This document shows positions 63,672 to 64,000 of a stretch of DNA of 64,000 nucleotides, one piece after another. The notes under the pieces are model-generated. The model worked only from the letters and a program-made list of their open reading frames with translations, did no database searches and was not told where the DNA came from. A program made the position numbers and the translations under genes. Source of the DNA: Klebsormidium nitens (lineage: Eukaryota; Plantae; Klebsormidiophyceae); NCBI GenBank assembly GCA_000708835.1, contig DF237015.1, positions 185,502 through 249,501 of the forward strand, read 5' to 3'. Every line of letters begins with the position of its first letter. Position 1 is the stretch's first letter.

Positions 63672-63770
63672 CCGTTCCGACTTTTGCTTTCGTCCAAAAA
63701 TAAATAATTATCCTGGCTGCCGAAAATTTAAGGATATTATTTATCTTCCACGCCGAAAGGTCAAAATTCA
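63672..63770 (+). mobile_element. Left end of a third CCGT-ended element inserted at a TA in repeat copy 2; right end outside window
   Basis: ttac-TA|CCGTTCCGACTTTTGCTTTCGTCCAAAAATAAATAATTAT...GCCGAAAATTT aligns with the reverse complement of the 55660 MITE right end (CCGTACCGGTCTTTGATTTAGGCAAAAAATAAATAATTAT...GCCGAAAAATTT). Similarity to copy 1 stops exactly at this TA. Confidence 0.7.
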
Positions 63771-64000
63771 AATAATCAGTGATATTGGTCGGTTGTGCTG
63801 CCCAAGAGTCACCCCCTCGCGGACAGTGCCACTTCGTCATCCCCGGCTGTACGCGAGCCCGCGCGCGCGCGGAAGGAATTTCGCGCGGCGGCCGGCGACC
63901 GAGAAGATATTTGGGTGGCGTTCAGGCGTCGACGGCGACGATGAAGACCACCAGTAGTTAGAGTCGTAGATTTGGTGCTAGTCCCGGTTCTGCGGGATAG

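Overview
Gene-dense, intron-rich eukaryotic nuclear DNA (roughly 50-55% GC by eye; GT(G/A)AG donors, CTRAC/GCTGAC branch points, long intronic pyrimidine tracts). Protein sequences are plant-like; by inference this is a streptophyte green alga such as Klebsormidium. Bases 1-53,000 hold spliced genes I could assemble by hand: the last two exons of SMC5, a small putative mitochondrial protein, a TBC1D13-like Rab-GAP, a TPR + transmembrane protein, a DUF2252 protein of a mostly bacterial family, a Tic32-like SDR, UDP-glucose pyrophosphorylase, a THUMP/RlmL-like RNA methyltransferase and WDHD1/AND-1/CTF4. Two non-autonomous TIR elements lie between these genes (14.8 kb; 40.1-41.4 kb). From about 53.5 kb the window becomes accessory DNA: an interrupted MYND-finger gene, two direct-repeat copies of an AT-rich element with Tc2/pogo-like CCGT-ended insertions at TA, minisatellites, an orphan 3' fragment of 3-ketosphinganine reductase, and an intronless 453-466 aa orphan ORF. 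The most striking unexplained pattern is a set of short local tandem duplications, mostly 100-165 bp in period. They copy exon ends together with their splice sites into neighbouring introns ('exon echoes') in at least five genes, and the same length scale appears in the TE minisatellites. I found no convincing tRNA, rRNA, CRISPR array or transposase. Exon boundaries were placed by eye, and several 5' ends are uncertain.
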